Shown: positions 1 through 12,623 of the stretch, piece after piece | How the letters are laid out: each line of letters begins with the position of its first letter | Numbering within the stretch: the stretch's first letter is position 1 | NCBI GenBank assembly: GCA_002104905.1 | Contig: MCFE01000043.1 | Coordinates: forward strand, 137,236 to 201,235 | Source of the DNA: Basidiobolus meristosporus CBS 931.73 | Lineage: Eukaryota > Fungi > Basidiobolomycota | Direction of reading: 5' to 3' | Length of the DNA: 64,000 nt | Notes under the pieces: model-generated | Databases searched by the model: none | The model's input: the letters and a program-made list of their open reading frames with translations, nothing else | What the model was told of the DNA's origin: nothing | Translations under genes and position numbers: made by a program

Positions 1-387
1 GGCTCATTTCTTGGCTGTGACAATGAGCTACTTGAGTTCCTTCTTTGCAGCAAAGATACTGCTTTGTCTACCTGGGATATTGATTGCTCTACCCATATTA
101 TCTGCTCATCCTGTTTCTGGACTATTTCCTGATTTTTCTGGGCCATTGCGCCTATCCTATCAGCCACTGCACCTAATTACTTCATTAATGCTTTGGTATA
201 AGCTGACAATAAACTTGCTAATATGGGTGGTGGTGATGTTATGATGGCCACTTGCTGGTCTTTAACTGAGGGTACTGCATTTGCTACATTCTCTTCTGCC
301 TGAGCATTACGCCCAGCTTGTGGCTTTGCGGAGGTTCTCAATAGCATACTTGACTGAGAGTCTGAGGAGTCTACATTATTACTTTCA

Positions 388-2920
388 GTGGGCACACTCT
401 CAACATGGCCTTTTTTGTATGTAGCCCTGCTTGTTGCACATATTGCCAAGGATACTTTATGGAGCCAAGTGAGTCCAGTAATTCATCTTCTGGTTAATGA
501 TGTAATGTTGTGGCTAGAGAAGTGGTACATTTCCACTAATATCAGTAATGGGGGCTTTGAGGATTTATTACTACTTCCTGCCAAAATCATTCCAGGATGC
601 AACTTACCATGTACATGGTACAAGTGTACAATTGTCATGCGGCTGGCAACATATGACCCGGAGACTGTACTGACTCCAGCATGTCTTAACAGTTGTATGG
701 CACTCACATCCAAAATGCTACCATTGCAACATGTCCAAGTAGTCAGGAATCCACCACCATTGGGGGAAAAAGTTGTTCACACTCTGGATATATTCCAGTC
801 ATACTGCATCCAAAGAAGCTCATGCAGTCTGAAAAATATTGAAAAGCTATAAAGTACCACACTCAATATCAATCAAGCACTGTAGTGGGGTCACAATGAC
901 ACTCACTGACAGATGTGCTCATTCCCATATTTTCTACTTCCCTATTTCTCTGCTATATATATTTTAGTTTTATCCCATTTGTCTTACTTGGTCAGTGCTA
1001 TCCCATTAGCCAGCTGACTATCACACTTGCTTACTTTATTATATAAGCTATCCCTCACTTTATGTAAGATTACTAGCTGTAAGTGCTTCTATATTGGGCA
1101 AGTACCCATGCCAGTACCTGTGACACATGGTCAACCTGTGTCAACATACCAACCATTTCTATACCGTATATGGTATCCCTATGCTACAAAGGTCTCAGAG
1201 TACTGATTCCTGTTTGGTTGGATGTGCTGTGCCCCTTAGAACCTTCCAGCACCTACTTAGAATACTCTTAGCTCATTCTGGATGTCATTAAGGTTTCTAT
1301 TGATCTCTGGAACCTTCTGGAACACCATGATTGGTAATCACTAAGCCAGTGAGAAAAGTACATAAGGGAGGCAATCCCTTGACAATAAATCATCATCCTT
1401 TCTATCTATATTCCAATTTATTGATTAGTGTGATCACTGCTACCTGCTGCTACCTGAACTTCCAATCCCAGACCACAGGACACTCCCATGAAACCATGCT
1501 GAAAGCCAACTGACCTTAGAGGCACTACTTGTGAGGGATACTCAGAGTAGTTGTTTTTTTTGTTTTTGCTTCTTTCCCAAGTTTTTTCTTGTAGAGGCAA
1601 AGATACTTTTCTGTCTTTGTAACTATTGACCACAGCTGCATTCTTATCAAGTCCCTGCTGGTGGAGTTTACAGCTGTTCTGACTTTGGAAGCTTTAGTAC
1701 ATTGTCATCTCAAAGGATGCTGAACCCAGCACATACTTTTGTTAAGATGCCAACTAAGCTAGGGATTGTAGCTCAATAGTTTTCCCTTGACAAGCTTTTG
1801 GCTCTAGTCCCCATCACATTAGATTAGAGATAGAACCTAAGTATTCCTAGCAAGCTTTTGCCAGAGGTTATTGCACCCGGTGAACACCTCACCCACAAAA
1901 TACTTGAGAAGTGTTGGATGTATCTCTGCCTTGGACCTACACACCACCACAGAGCAAACATATCCAATATATTTGATGGCAAACATTTCAAACATCTAGG
2001 ATGCAAGGGCTATTTTGAAGGCATGTATGACCATGCCTTTGCCTTAGCACTTGATGGATTCTCATTAAATAAGTACTCTACCAGCAAATCCTGCTGGCTG
2101 CTGATTCTCATCAATCTAAATCTGCTGCCCATCTGACAATATCTGAGCAAAGATCTGATAGTAGTATCAACTGGTATCTGGGCCTAAATCACTGTCCAAT
2201 CAGGATAGCTACTGTATGCTTTCCAGCAGGATAACAGTAAATGGCTGTCATGCAAAAGCACATATTATTATCTGCATTGGAGATACCCCAGCCATCAGCA
2301 AGATTGCAGGTTCTTCTGGGCACAATGAATGGTATAGCTGTCAAATGTGTGAGATTCAGGGGATTTACTCCATAGTTCACACACATTATTAATACCCAAC
2401 TACCAACACTAAGAACATCATCTTCCCACAGAGAGAATTTACAGAAGTCAGCATGTCATTGCAGCAAAGTTGGCAAGCATTAACCCATCAGCTGGAATAT
2501 GGAATCAATTAGAAACCAGAGATACTTAAGATAGAGGGTATCTGTTGGAGCAAAAGCTTTCCACTGGGAGCAGTGCATTTGCTTATCAACAATATTCCTA
2601 TACTGATGACAAAGTTGCACATGGGGCATTTCAAGCTAAATGAGCCCTTCAAAATACCAGGGAAATTTGAAAAAATTAGAAAAGTATTATAGAGTATCCA
2701 CTACCCTAAGCACTTTTCACAGGCTACAATTGGTATTCATACACATATGCAACAATATAAAGGTAAAGACTGGATTAACTAGATATGTATTTATTCAAGT
2801 GGTGTTCTGAAGCCATTACTACCAAGTGTACATTGAAACTATTGGGAGTCATATGTACACATTAAAAGAATATTAAATCCAGAAGCAGATCACAAATGCA
2901 ACTTGATGCATCTGTTGTGC
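388..2920 (+). mobile_element. Degenerate CACTA/EnSpm-like (Tnp2/Transposase_21) transposase relic
   Basis: ORF 1858-2136 has NIFDGKHF...HAFALALDGFSLNKYSTSKSCWLLILINLNLLP, the DG/LxLDGF/SCWPxILxNxNLPP pattern of Tnp2. The upstream ORF 388-852 has a Cys-rich PACLNSCMA motif. Many stops and frameshifts. A homologous copy lies at about 52.9-54.1 kb. Confidence 0.6.
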
Positions 2921-2945
2921 AACAACATTTAAAACTTAGCCTATT

Positions 2946-4055
2946 TTACTCCTTTAGAAAATACACTTGTTCTGTTGAATAGCACCACATTGAGCCAAGG
3001 CTGTCAAATAGTGCCATTGCATGCCAGAAAGGTATAGCAGATCTAAACCTGGCCACAGAGTGTGAAACATGACTCTTCATCTTCATGCAAAGCAGCCCCT
3101 GTGTTTCACCCATTGTACTGGAGAAAATCCACTTTTTGACCTTTTTTGGATCAACATTGTTCAGGATGTGTGAGAGCACAGCAGGACTGAAGACATGCAT
3201 CTGATACTCAATACTCATGGAACTCTGAATCTAGCTCCTGTGGCTTGTATCATGACACAAAAATGCATGGCACCATCTTGGTTCACTGGTACTATCTATT
3301 GTAAAAATTTGTATTTCCACCTAAATATTCACCTAACATAGTCACTTACATCATTACCTTCATATCCTAGAAAATACTGATCAAGTTCCTTGTTGGGATT
3401 TACTTAGAATATTTTCACCAAAATACCAGGTACCCAGAACATCAAAATCCTCAAAGTTGTCCAAACAGCCCCAAACTTTGCACACATGTTCTTGGGACCT
3501 TCCTTAACCTATTCTACATGTTTGTAATGCCAAGACCAGGTAAAAGTATAAATATTACTTCTACATTGAATTAATCATTAAGTGAAAATCATATAATCTA
3601 CTTGTTCTCCCAATCACTTCTAATATCTCCAAGACTCTACAACACTATCTGGCACTATAAGTGCTTTATATGGGTTTTACTGTAAGGCTAATATTTAAAT
3701 ATTGGGCCTGATAGTACCAGTGGACCAAGATAGTGCCATGCATTTTTGTGGCATGATACAAGCTACAGGAGCTAGATTTGGAGCGCCATGAGTACTGAGT
3801 ATAAGATGCATGTCTTCAATCTTTTTGTGCTCTTACACATCCTGCGCAACATTGATCCAAAATTAAAGGTCAAAAAATGGGTTTTCTGCAGCTCAATGGG
3901 TGAAACACAGGGGCTGCTTTGCATGAAGTTGCAGAGCTATATTTCACACTTTGTAGCTAAGTGTAGGCTCACTTGCCCTCCTTGGCACACTATGGCATCA
4001 TTTGGCACTCATGGCTCAATGTGGCACTATCCAACAGAACAAGTCTAATCTAGTA
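2946..4055. repeat. Foldback (long inverted repeat) element, arms about 350 bp, interrupted by a solo LTR
   Basis: 2946-3296 is the reverse complement of about 3700-4050. The arms give mirror ORFs (2946-3218 minus MSIEYQMHVF...MGETQGLLCMK; 3788-4048 plus MSTEYKMHVF...MGETQGLLCMK). Same family as 48669-49185. Confidence 0.8.
3297..3644 (+). mobile_element. Solo LTR, Copia family 1, 5-bp TSD CTATC
   Basis: Matches LTRs 12275-12623 and 19112-19460. Termini tattgtaa...ctacaaca. CTATC at 3292-3296 and 3645-3649. Confidence 0.9.
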
Positions 4056-4659
4056 CCCTAACTGGTTTTCCCTATTCTAAATATAATAATTCCAGTTATT
4101 GTCTATTTTATCACTTCTCAGAATGTATTTTTGGCAGTCACACCTGATCAATTTTCATGTGGTCATTACATCCTCAACTAATCTACTAAGGTTTCCCAGT
4201 GATTGGTCATCTGAGATCTATCCAACCACTTAGCATTTGCCAAGGCATCAGCTGATTGATGATTCAATTTCTCATTTATCTTGTGCACTTATAAACACGC
4301 CAACAGATTTCAATTAGTCCAGTCTCTTGGCACTCACTAATTCAACTTGATCAGAAAAATATAAATAAAGCTTACTGAGCCTTTTGGTTTTGTGTGTGTC
4401 TCAACAAAAATCAGATTGTGCCTTGGCAAAATTAAAAATTCAACAATTCTGCTCTAGTTTCTACCCATGCCTAGCATATCTAGCACTCCCAAGAACATCA
4501 AGCATAGCTTGCATAGCTTGCATAGCAAACCAACTCTGTTGCCTTTATAGCCAAACTCAGCTATATACAAGACCAATATTTGACCAGAACTTCTCTGCTA
4601 ATATAACTGTCACTCTTAACAATTCTAAGATTCTGCACTTAGCTGTCACTTAGGTTCAG

Positions 4660-5420
4660 TTAACTCATTCAAGAGTTTATTGCTCTTTTCTCTTAGACAA
4701 AACAGCATCCGCAGCTATTGTGCAAGGAGTTTCTAACAGGATTTGAGTGGCTATACTTCCAACATAAGCTGAACATGCAGATCTCTGCTGCTACTGTGTC
4801 TATTTTTGACTCCATCTTGCTTAATGTGTGGAGAGCATTAGGCCTTGCTTCACCTTTTGGGAGTTTCCTATGGAGCAGATGTGTGGAGAGATAGGAAAAC
4901 AAGTTAAGTTGCAGGCACTATCATATCCCAATCTCATCAATAATATTACCTTCAAGTCTGTCATGCATGTGATGAGTTGGCACATGGAGGACAGCCAGGA
5001 AGAGTTGCAAAATACTGAGAACAGATGTGCACATAGAGACACTTATGCCTCTGGTATTAAGAAGCTAAGCAGCCCCAATGCATTGGTAATCAGTCAAGTA
5101 TTGTAAAGTTGGGTTGGGTGCAACAAGCAACTAATTTTTATTAACAAAACTCTACCAAGGTATGCTGGATTTCTCATGGTCACAAGCCAACTTCTACAAC
5201 ATTTAATACAGAATTCACACAAACAAGAGCCAGAGTGCACCTATAAGAGGGACTAGAATCCAGCAGGGAGAAGAGATATATTGGCTAAATACCACAAAGT
5301 TCTTTGTGGATATTCTGGAGGTATTCATGGCAGAAGTGGCTACAACCAAGCATATGTTTGCAATATGTAAATGTTACTTGAAGTACCAGGTATATGGTAA
5401 GTTTGCAAGTATCAAACTAA
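4660..5420 (+). mobile_element. CACTA transposase C-terminal (DUF4218-like) relic
   Basis: ORF 4828-5106 has FWEFPMEQMCGEIG...YPNL, the WxFPMERxCG motif. Homologous to about 49190-50600. Confidence 0.65.
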
Positions 5421-5949
5421 AAAGCTGTAATGCTAAGATGATAGACATATGTTAATTGTGGCAGGTGTGCATGTTTGTGGAGGTTATTAAACAGGAGGCC
5501 ACAGTTTCTTTTGACTTGAACTATATGTGGAATAACCAAGGTAGTAGTGGGTAAGCAAATAAAGAGGGGTGATTCTACAATGGAATATTTAAAATCCACC
5601 AGGGGAGGTAGAAATAGGAAATACCATTTGGTAATTTGGTACAGTAGCATTATACAGAACTAGCAATAGGCCACCATACTGCTGTTATAATGCCATTAGA
5701 GACTTGCTGTGAGGCCATCAAAATACCTCAAGTTCCTTGCCATATAAGACAATTGGATGTCCTGGCCAGTTAGATCCATTTAAAATAGTTGTAGAGCACA
5801 TCAAGACCACAACAATGCCATGCAATTATTGTCACAGCACCAATCAAACTGTCTCAAGTTTTATAACTTTATTTGGCAGAAAATTTTGCAAAATGCTGTT
5901 GTGATCCTGTCATAAGATTGTCAAGGGGGTCACTAATACCAAGCTGCTG

Positions 5950-6670
5950 CTATTATGATGGTCTCCAAATGGGATCCTGATGGCTGATCCAGATTGGATT
6001 CAACTGCAGAACCAAATTTTTCTTCATAGGGTATCCTGTTGCTTCCTATAAGCTGTAATACATCCTGTTCTCTGACCATCCTGTTGTATATAAGCTAAGT
6101 CTGCCATATATTTCTCCACTCTACTGAACTTTGGATGATTCTTTACCCAGTGTACTTTGTCATGCCTACTCACTGCAAATGGCACACTGAACCAGGTGAT
6201 GCAACCCTCCATGTCAGACAGTCCTTGATACTTTATGCAGCATGCCTTGAATTTGGCTTAATAGCAGTGTCTCTGCCCTCTAGAAGGTCTATTAAGCCTG
6301 ACTAGAAAGGTACCCTAAATACTCCTGACATGGAACCTCTGGCTGACCACTGTGAGATATGGAAGTCTATTGGAGCATTTGAACCTAGTATTCTAAGCTT
6401 AGGCCATTCATACCCTCTGCCAGGCTGTTCTCCACTACTGTCAGCTTGGAATGAAAGCTTCTAGGGCATTTGTTTCCATTGATAGTGGGATGAAATATTG
6501 TGGGGCAATAGTTCTTGTAATAGCAGAGAAGCTTAACAAGGGTTATTCCTGAATAGATTGGGGTTGAAAGTCTACAGTTCTTGATAAAGATCTCCTCTAG
6601 TATGTTAAAAGGAAATCCAATGGTAGTGATGGAATTGATGAGAAAAAACCCTTTAGGAGAGTAAGTCAAT
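5950..6670 (-). mobile_element. PIF/Harbinger (DDE_Tnp_4) transposase relic
   Basis: ORF 6024-6212 has GCITWFSVPFAVSRHD...MADLAY...ITAYRK. ORF 6385-6669 is the N-terminal part. Homologous to 8880-9600 and 61750-62560. Confidence 0.65.
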
Positions 6671-7199
6671 CTAAGATTGGTAGATGAATATATATATGTG
6701 ATATGAATTGATTTGACACAATGAGCTTGATTTACCTGATTTTCCTTGCATTATGATTAAGTCTCCATCAATTGTCATTTATCCCATCATTAATTTGCAA
6801 AGATGCTCTGCAAACAATGAATAGGTGCTTTTACTGATGAATTACTCACATGTCTATATTCAAACAGGCAATCTGCAACTGATGTGCTCTGATCCGTGTC
6901 AATGCAATCCAAGATGCATTGTGCATAATATATGGAAAATTTAACAATTACCTTAGTTTTCATACATATCTCATATAAGACCAGCTTGATGCCAATATAC
7001 TCCAGTATTAGTATCCAAATCTGTCACTATGGTCCCTATACCAGGTCACAACTTATCTTTAGTACAACCCAGACAATACCCATCCCCCAGCTCACTATTG
7101 TGGTGTGGACTAAAAAAGACAATGTTGGATCTGTTCAAGTGCTTGCTAAATGATTTAGTATAGCCCAAGTGTCTATGATGATCCTTCATACAGATATTT

Positions 7200-8200
7200 G
7201 GTCACTACTCATGAATCTATCAGAACTGCATATCTCTGAGAGTCACAGAGATGGAAGAATTCAAATAGAAAGATGTGGTATGAGTTGTACATCAAAATGC
7301 CAGCAAATAAATGTCAGAAGATATTGGCAAGACAAGTATTGAAATCAAGAATGCACTGAGAGTAAAGGGACTTGGTGATAAAGCTGCATGCAAACATTCT
7401 TGCGCACAATCTGCAAAATATGGACTGGATACATCTGTTTGGCCTCAGCTTTGGGAATCAACAAGATGCTGAATGCATTTATGCCTCAAATAACTAATGT
7501 ACTGCATTATATATTAGTGGAGCTAAGTGGCTTCCAAGTGCAATAACCATTGGATTCATCAAGGCAACAGTTCCAAAGTATCAGAGAGAGGATAAGTGAA
7601 TGCCTTGAGCAATAAGAAGGTGAGCTTCAAGAGAAAGAATGCAAACCAGAGGAAACTTCTCCACATTGCAACAGCATGCCTTGCTGGATTCCTTAGCATC
7701 CCTTGCAATGCCAGCATACCAGCCTGTGTCAGTCCAATCTATGCCAACATGCTTTACAAGAGCACCATTTACTGTGTTAATGTGCATGATTTAGAGCAAA
7801 ACTACCATAACTTGCCATACTGCCCAATTAGACACAAGTTCATTGGAGTGGGCCAGTCATGTCAACATATTGCATCACATGAAACTCAGCCAAGGGCCAT
7901 GCCAGCTCATCAAGCTGCGCCTGCATGTGCTGATACACCTGACAATCAGCAAGTTACTTCTGGTGAACTGACTGACAATGACCCACTGGAAGTGCCATCA
8001 CCACTGGAGCCTCTAATAAGTAAAAGAACATGTCAGCCCATGGCACTTTAGGCCAGTTCTGTAACATCATCTGGAGCAATTCTGCACAGCTAAGTCCTAG
8101 CACTAGACTCATCAACCAGGAGGCAAAATGCTGACTACAAGTACACAAGTAGCCAATGATGATAGTTAACAAGAAAGTAGTTTAGGTGTGCAAAGAGATT
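7200..8200 (+). pseudogene. Degenerate unknown repeat-associated ORF, divergent from the Harbinger relic
   Basis: Nucleotide similarity to about 63080-63900, where the same divergent arrangement with a Harbinger transposase recurs. No recognisable domain. Confidence 0.4.
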
Positions 8201-8879
8201 CACTACCAAATGCTTTGATTGTAATCTCTGTGAGAGAAAAACCTAGCAAAGATGATGCAATTGCATTGAATTGCTATCATTTGTCATGATGCAAACAACG
8301 CATTTGTTTGCATTTCAAATTGAGACATTGCATGCCAGTGATCACTAAATCTTGATATGAATAATGTTAAGGTGGTCTCACCTCTGAGACTGAACCCTTA
8401 TAAACAAATGCCCAGCAAATGTATACACTGTCTGTGACACTAGTGCAGCTATATGATGCATTTTGCATTTGCTCAATTAATTGTGTACTAGCTGTGACAC
8501 CTTGTCCAATCACCAAAGTCAGGGATCTACTTGCTCAGTGGGCAAAATGGGATATTTGATGGCATATCAGGTAGCTTGTTTATTGGTCAATGAACCAGTT
8601 GGGGGCTCACTGCTTCAGGAAACTCTTAAACCAATCAATCACTGATACTCCCCTCAATTGGGGCATGGTAACCAAGATGGTAAGTACCAGTGTAGTTTAC
8701 ATTGGAATATGCATATGTTTCATAAGGTTCCCACAGTTGAGGGACAAGCAGAGACATCTGTTCTGTATTGCACACATTCAATCATAATGCATAGACAATC
8801 AGATAGGTTAAGCTGAATGCACCAATTTGACTCAACCCATTCTCACTCAATCACTTGCCAATCTTAATATGACTGGAAC

Positions 8880-9600
8880 ATCTGAATAGTCTTTTCTCAC
8901 TAATCTTATTACTACCACTGGAACTCCTTGTGACACATCTGAGGAGAACTATACCAAGTACTGTGGACCATCCACTACAATCTAGTGAAGGAGAACCTTC
9001 TTAAGCTTCACTGCTATTACAATAGCTGTTGGACTTCAAGGTTTCATTCATGGCTACAAAAGTCTTACAAGCTTTTATTCCCAGCTTACACAATGGAGAA
9101 CCACCTTGAAGAGGGTATTAATGACTTAGAGTAAGCTTGGAATACTAGGCTCAGAAGCTCCAATAGACTTCCATATCCCAGGATGTTCAGTAGCAGGTTC
9201 CATATCCAGAATGTTTTGGATACCTTCCTGGGAGGGCTAAGAGACCTTCTAGAGGGCAGTGGTGCTTGTGTTCTGGCAAATACAAGGCACTATGCTTGTG
9301 GTTTCAAGCACTGTCCAACAGTAAGTGTAAATCATCTGGTGTAGTGGGCCATTTGCTGGAAGTAGGCATGACAATGTACTTGGGGTTGAAAATCATCCAG
9401 AGTTCAGTACAGGGGAAAAATGTATTGCAGACTTAGCTTATATAGGAGAAGATTGTCAGAGATCAGGATGTATTGAAGTTTATAGGGAGCCAAGGAATAG
9501 TGTGCCTAGCAGGAAGCAGAAGCACTACAATGAGATGTATAATCATTGCAGAGTGAGGGTAGGCCATACATTTGTATATCTGAAGAGATTCAGCATAAGT
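8880..9600 (+). mobile_element. PIF/Harbinger transposase relic (inverted copy)
   Basis: ORF 9502-9702 has KQKHYNEMYNHCRVRVGHTFVYLKRFS, the RxxVEHxFGxLKxRF motif. Reverse-complement similarity to 5950-6670. Confidence 0.65.
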
Positions 9601-10914
9601 TATATAATTAAATCACCATCAGTTGCCATGTATCCCATCATTATATTGCAAAATCATTCCTTAAGCAATGATTTATTGATCTTGCTGACAAATCACTTTT
9701 AAGTCTTTAGTTAAATCAGAAATATGCAACTGATGTGATCTGATCTGTGTCAATGCAAGCCAAGATGCATCATGCATAATATTTCAACAATTCAAAAATC
9801 ATATTAGCTCTCAAATGTATATTTCATGTAGGTCCAGGCTGATGCCAATATAATACTGTATAGATATTCAAATCCATCACTAGAGTCACTATATCAAGTC
9901 TCAACTCATCTTTAGTACAACCCAGACCAGCAGGAACTTGATGTGAATGCAGCTGTGGGCAAGGGTTACAAAGACAGAAAAGTATCTTTGCTTGTTCAAG
10001 AACAAGCTTGGGAAATAATTGTATATAATAAAAGATACATACTCTGTGTATTCCTCACAAGTAGCACCTCCAAGATCAGTTGCCTGTCAGTGTGGCCTCC
10101 TGTAAGTGGCATCTGGTATGGGATTGGAAGTTCAGGTGGCAGCAGGTAGCCATGATCACACTAATCAACAAGTTAGTATATTGATAAAATGGATGATGAT
10201 TTATTGTTGAAGGACTGCAACAAGTTGGAATATTGATTTAAAGGGCCAATCATTAATTGGTGAGGGAGTGTCTCCTTTATATACTTTTCTCACTGAGTTG
10301 ATGATTACTAAAAGTGAGGAATAAATTATGCATTAAAATAAGCAGTGGTGATAGTCAGCTAGCTTATAGGATAGCACTGATCTAATAAGATATTTGGGAT
10401 AAAACTAAATTATTGGTAGTAGAAAATATGGGAATGAGCACATATGCCAGTGGGTATCACTACAACCCCACCACAGTGTGCTGTTACATCTGACCATCAG
10501 CAAGTTAATTCTAGTGAATTTACTGATGAAGACCCACTAGAAATACCTAAACTACAGGAGCATTTAGCAAGTAAATAAATATCTCAGCTCACAGCACTCC
10601 AAGATGGTTCTGTAACCCCAACTGGTGCAACTCAGGGTGGCCAGCTACAGTACTGCACTCATCAACCTGTACTCAAAACACTGACTACAAGTACGCTGGT
10701 AGTCAAGATGATGGTATACAAGGAAATTGTCTAGGTGTTCAAAGTAGATCACTACCAAATGCTTCAGTAGTAGTCCCTGTGAAAAAAATCCAGGAGAGGA
10801 TGATGCCATTGAGTTGAATTGTTATGATTTGTTGCAATCCAAACAATTCAAGTTTTTTCTTAGCAGCCCAAATCAAACTGATGCAAACCAGTGATTACAG
10901 GATTTTTAATATAA

Positions 10915-11080
10915 GTAACAATTTTGAGTACTTTGGTGCTCTGGGTACTGGGTATTTTGGTAAAAACATGCCAAGTAAATCCCAACAAGGAATATGGTCA
11001 GTATTCTCTAGGACTTGTAGGTGATGTTCTAAGCAACCAGTTGGGTAGATATTCAGGTGGAATTACAAATCTTTACAACA
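10915..11080 (-). mobile_element. Partial degenerate Copia family-1 LTR
   Basis: Reverse complement of the LTR 5' half, ending ...ggaattacaaatctttacaaca. Confidence 0.7.
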
Positions 11081-11199
11081 AAGCTTATCTCACACTTGAG
11101 TCTGAACCCCTATAAATAAACACCCTGCATATATATGCATCATCTGTAACATCAGTCAGCTATAAGTATCAGTATATTTTGTAGTGTGATACACTTTTA

Positions 11200-12142
11200 T
11201 AACCATTGACATCAATGATGTCTAATCAAATACCAAATTGTACCTACCATAATAGTGGCATCCAATTGTGCCTGCAATACAAACATTACAAGTTGGTCCA
11301 ATTATCTCTGCCAACCTCATTGTGTCAAAATGTGCTATAGTGTTCAAGATTGTCCCACATAATGCCATATTGCCCAAGAGTGATCCTGCCTGCTGGTAGT
11401 TATATTATTGCACCCAATCATCCATAGAGCTCATGGATTGCGCTGTACACCCTGGCACAGTAGAATGGAACAAGTTCAATACGTGGATGATCTTATTAGA
11501 AGCTACTAATAGCTCAAAAAAGCCCCAAAGTGACTAAATTCAGCCCATATGTGGAGTTCAATATGTCCAATCTGGGTGAGCCCTTTCACTGCTTGTGGAT
11601 CAGGCTCTTCATAGGCAGATGTACTCCAATTGCTACCTTTACTCTGTCAAGGAATATTCAAGACATACTGGCAAGTAGCAAATGGAAGACAGATAAACCA
11701 GCTGCCACCTCAATGAAGACACACCAAGATATGGTCAAACATCAGCCAAATCCATTGTCAGACTTTTGGAGATATAGTGATGAGGAGAGCATGTGGAATA
11801 CATGGTTTTCACTTATTGATGTATTGGATGCAACATTAGAGTTTGTACTTTTAGATGGTCTTGGCAAATTAAACATATGGAATATGCTAGGAAGCTCCTA
11901 ACAATGTGTGTGCACAATTTGGCGTTGTTTGGACAACTTTAGGAAATTTCATTTTCTTGATACCTGATATCTTGGTGAATATATTTTAGGTAAATCCTGG
12001 CAGGGTATTAGGTAAAGCTATCTATGATTTGTATGCTATGACATTGGTGACCAAGTTAGGTCAGTATTCAGGTGTAATTATGAGATTTGCAAAAAAATCA
12101 AGAGTTGCTTGGTATCATTTGGATGCCCAGACCTCCCTTGTC
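11200..12142. repeat. Old Copia relic block (decayed RT fragment plus inverted decayed LTR), duplicated at about 19600-20535
   Basis: ORF 11530-11901 EFNMSNLGE...TLSRNIQDIL aligns with Copia RT EFKMSDLGE...LSQSKYIQDIL. The block recurs in direct orientation about 8.4 kb downstream. Confidence 0.7.
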
Positions 12143-12274
12143 AGTCTATGGTTGGCTGTTTGATGGGTATCATGCCAGAATTATGACCATATGCTCCATA
12201 TTCAATGGAATACCCTAAGAGAAAAAAATCCAGAAAAGGCCAGTACAATACCGTCACATTACCAGCTGAATTCC

Positions 12275-12623
12275 TGTTGTAAAGATTTGTAATTCCACCT
12301 AAATATTCACCTAACTTAGTAACTTTAATTATTACCTTCAAATCCTAGAGAATACTGACCAAATTCCTTGTTGGGATTTACTTAAAATATTTTCACCAAA
12401 ATACCAGATACCCTGAACATGAAAATTCTCTAAGTTGCCCAAACAGCCCCAAGCTTTCCATACATGTTCTTGGGACCTTCCTTAGCCTATTCTATGTGCT
12501 AGCTATGCCAAGATCATGTAAAAGTATAAATAGTACTTTTACATTCAATAAATCATTAGGTGAGAACCGCATAATCTACTTGTTGTCCCAATTGTTTCAA
12601 ATATCTCCAAGACTCTTACAACA
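12275..12623 (+). repeat. 5' LTR (349 bp), Copia family 1
   Basis: TG...CA ends with 8-bp inverted termini, immediately followed by the PBS. Confidence 0.92.

Noticed and set aside
11530-11901. ORF MTKFSPYVEFNMSNLGE (also 19932-20117) as a host gene
   Set aside because: Aligns with the Copia RT C-terminal part; a decayed TE fragment.
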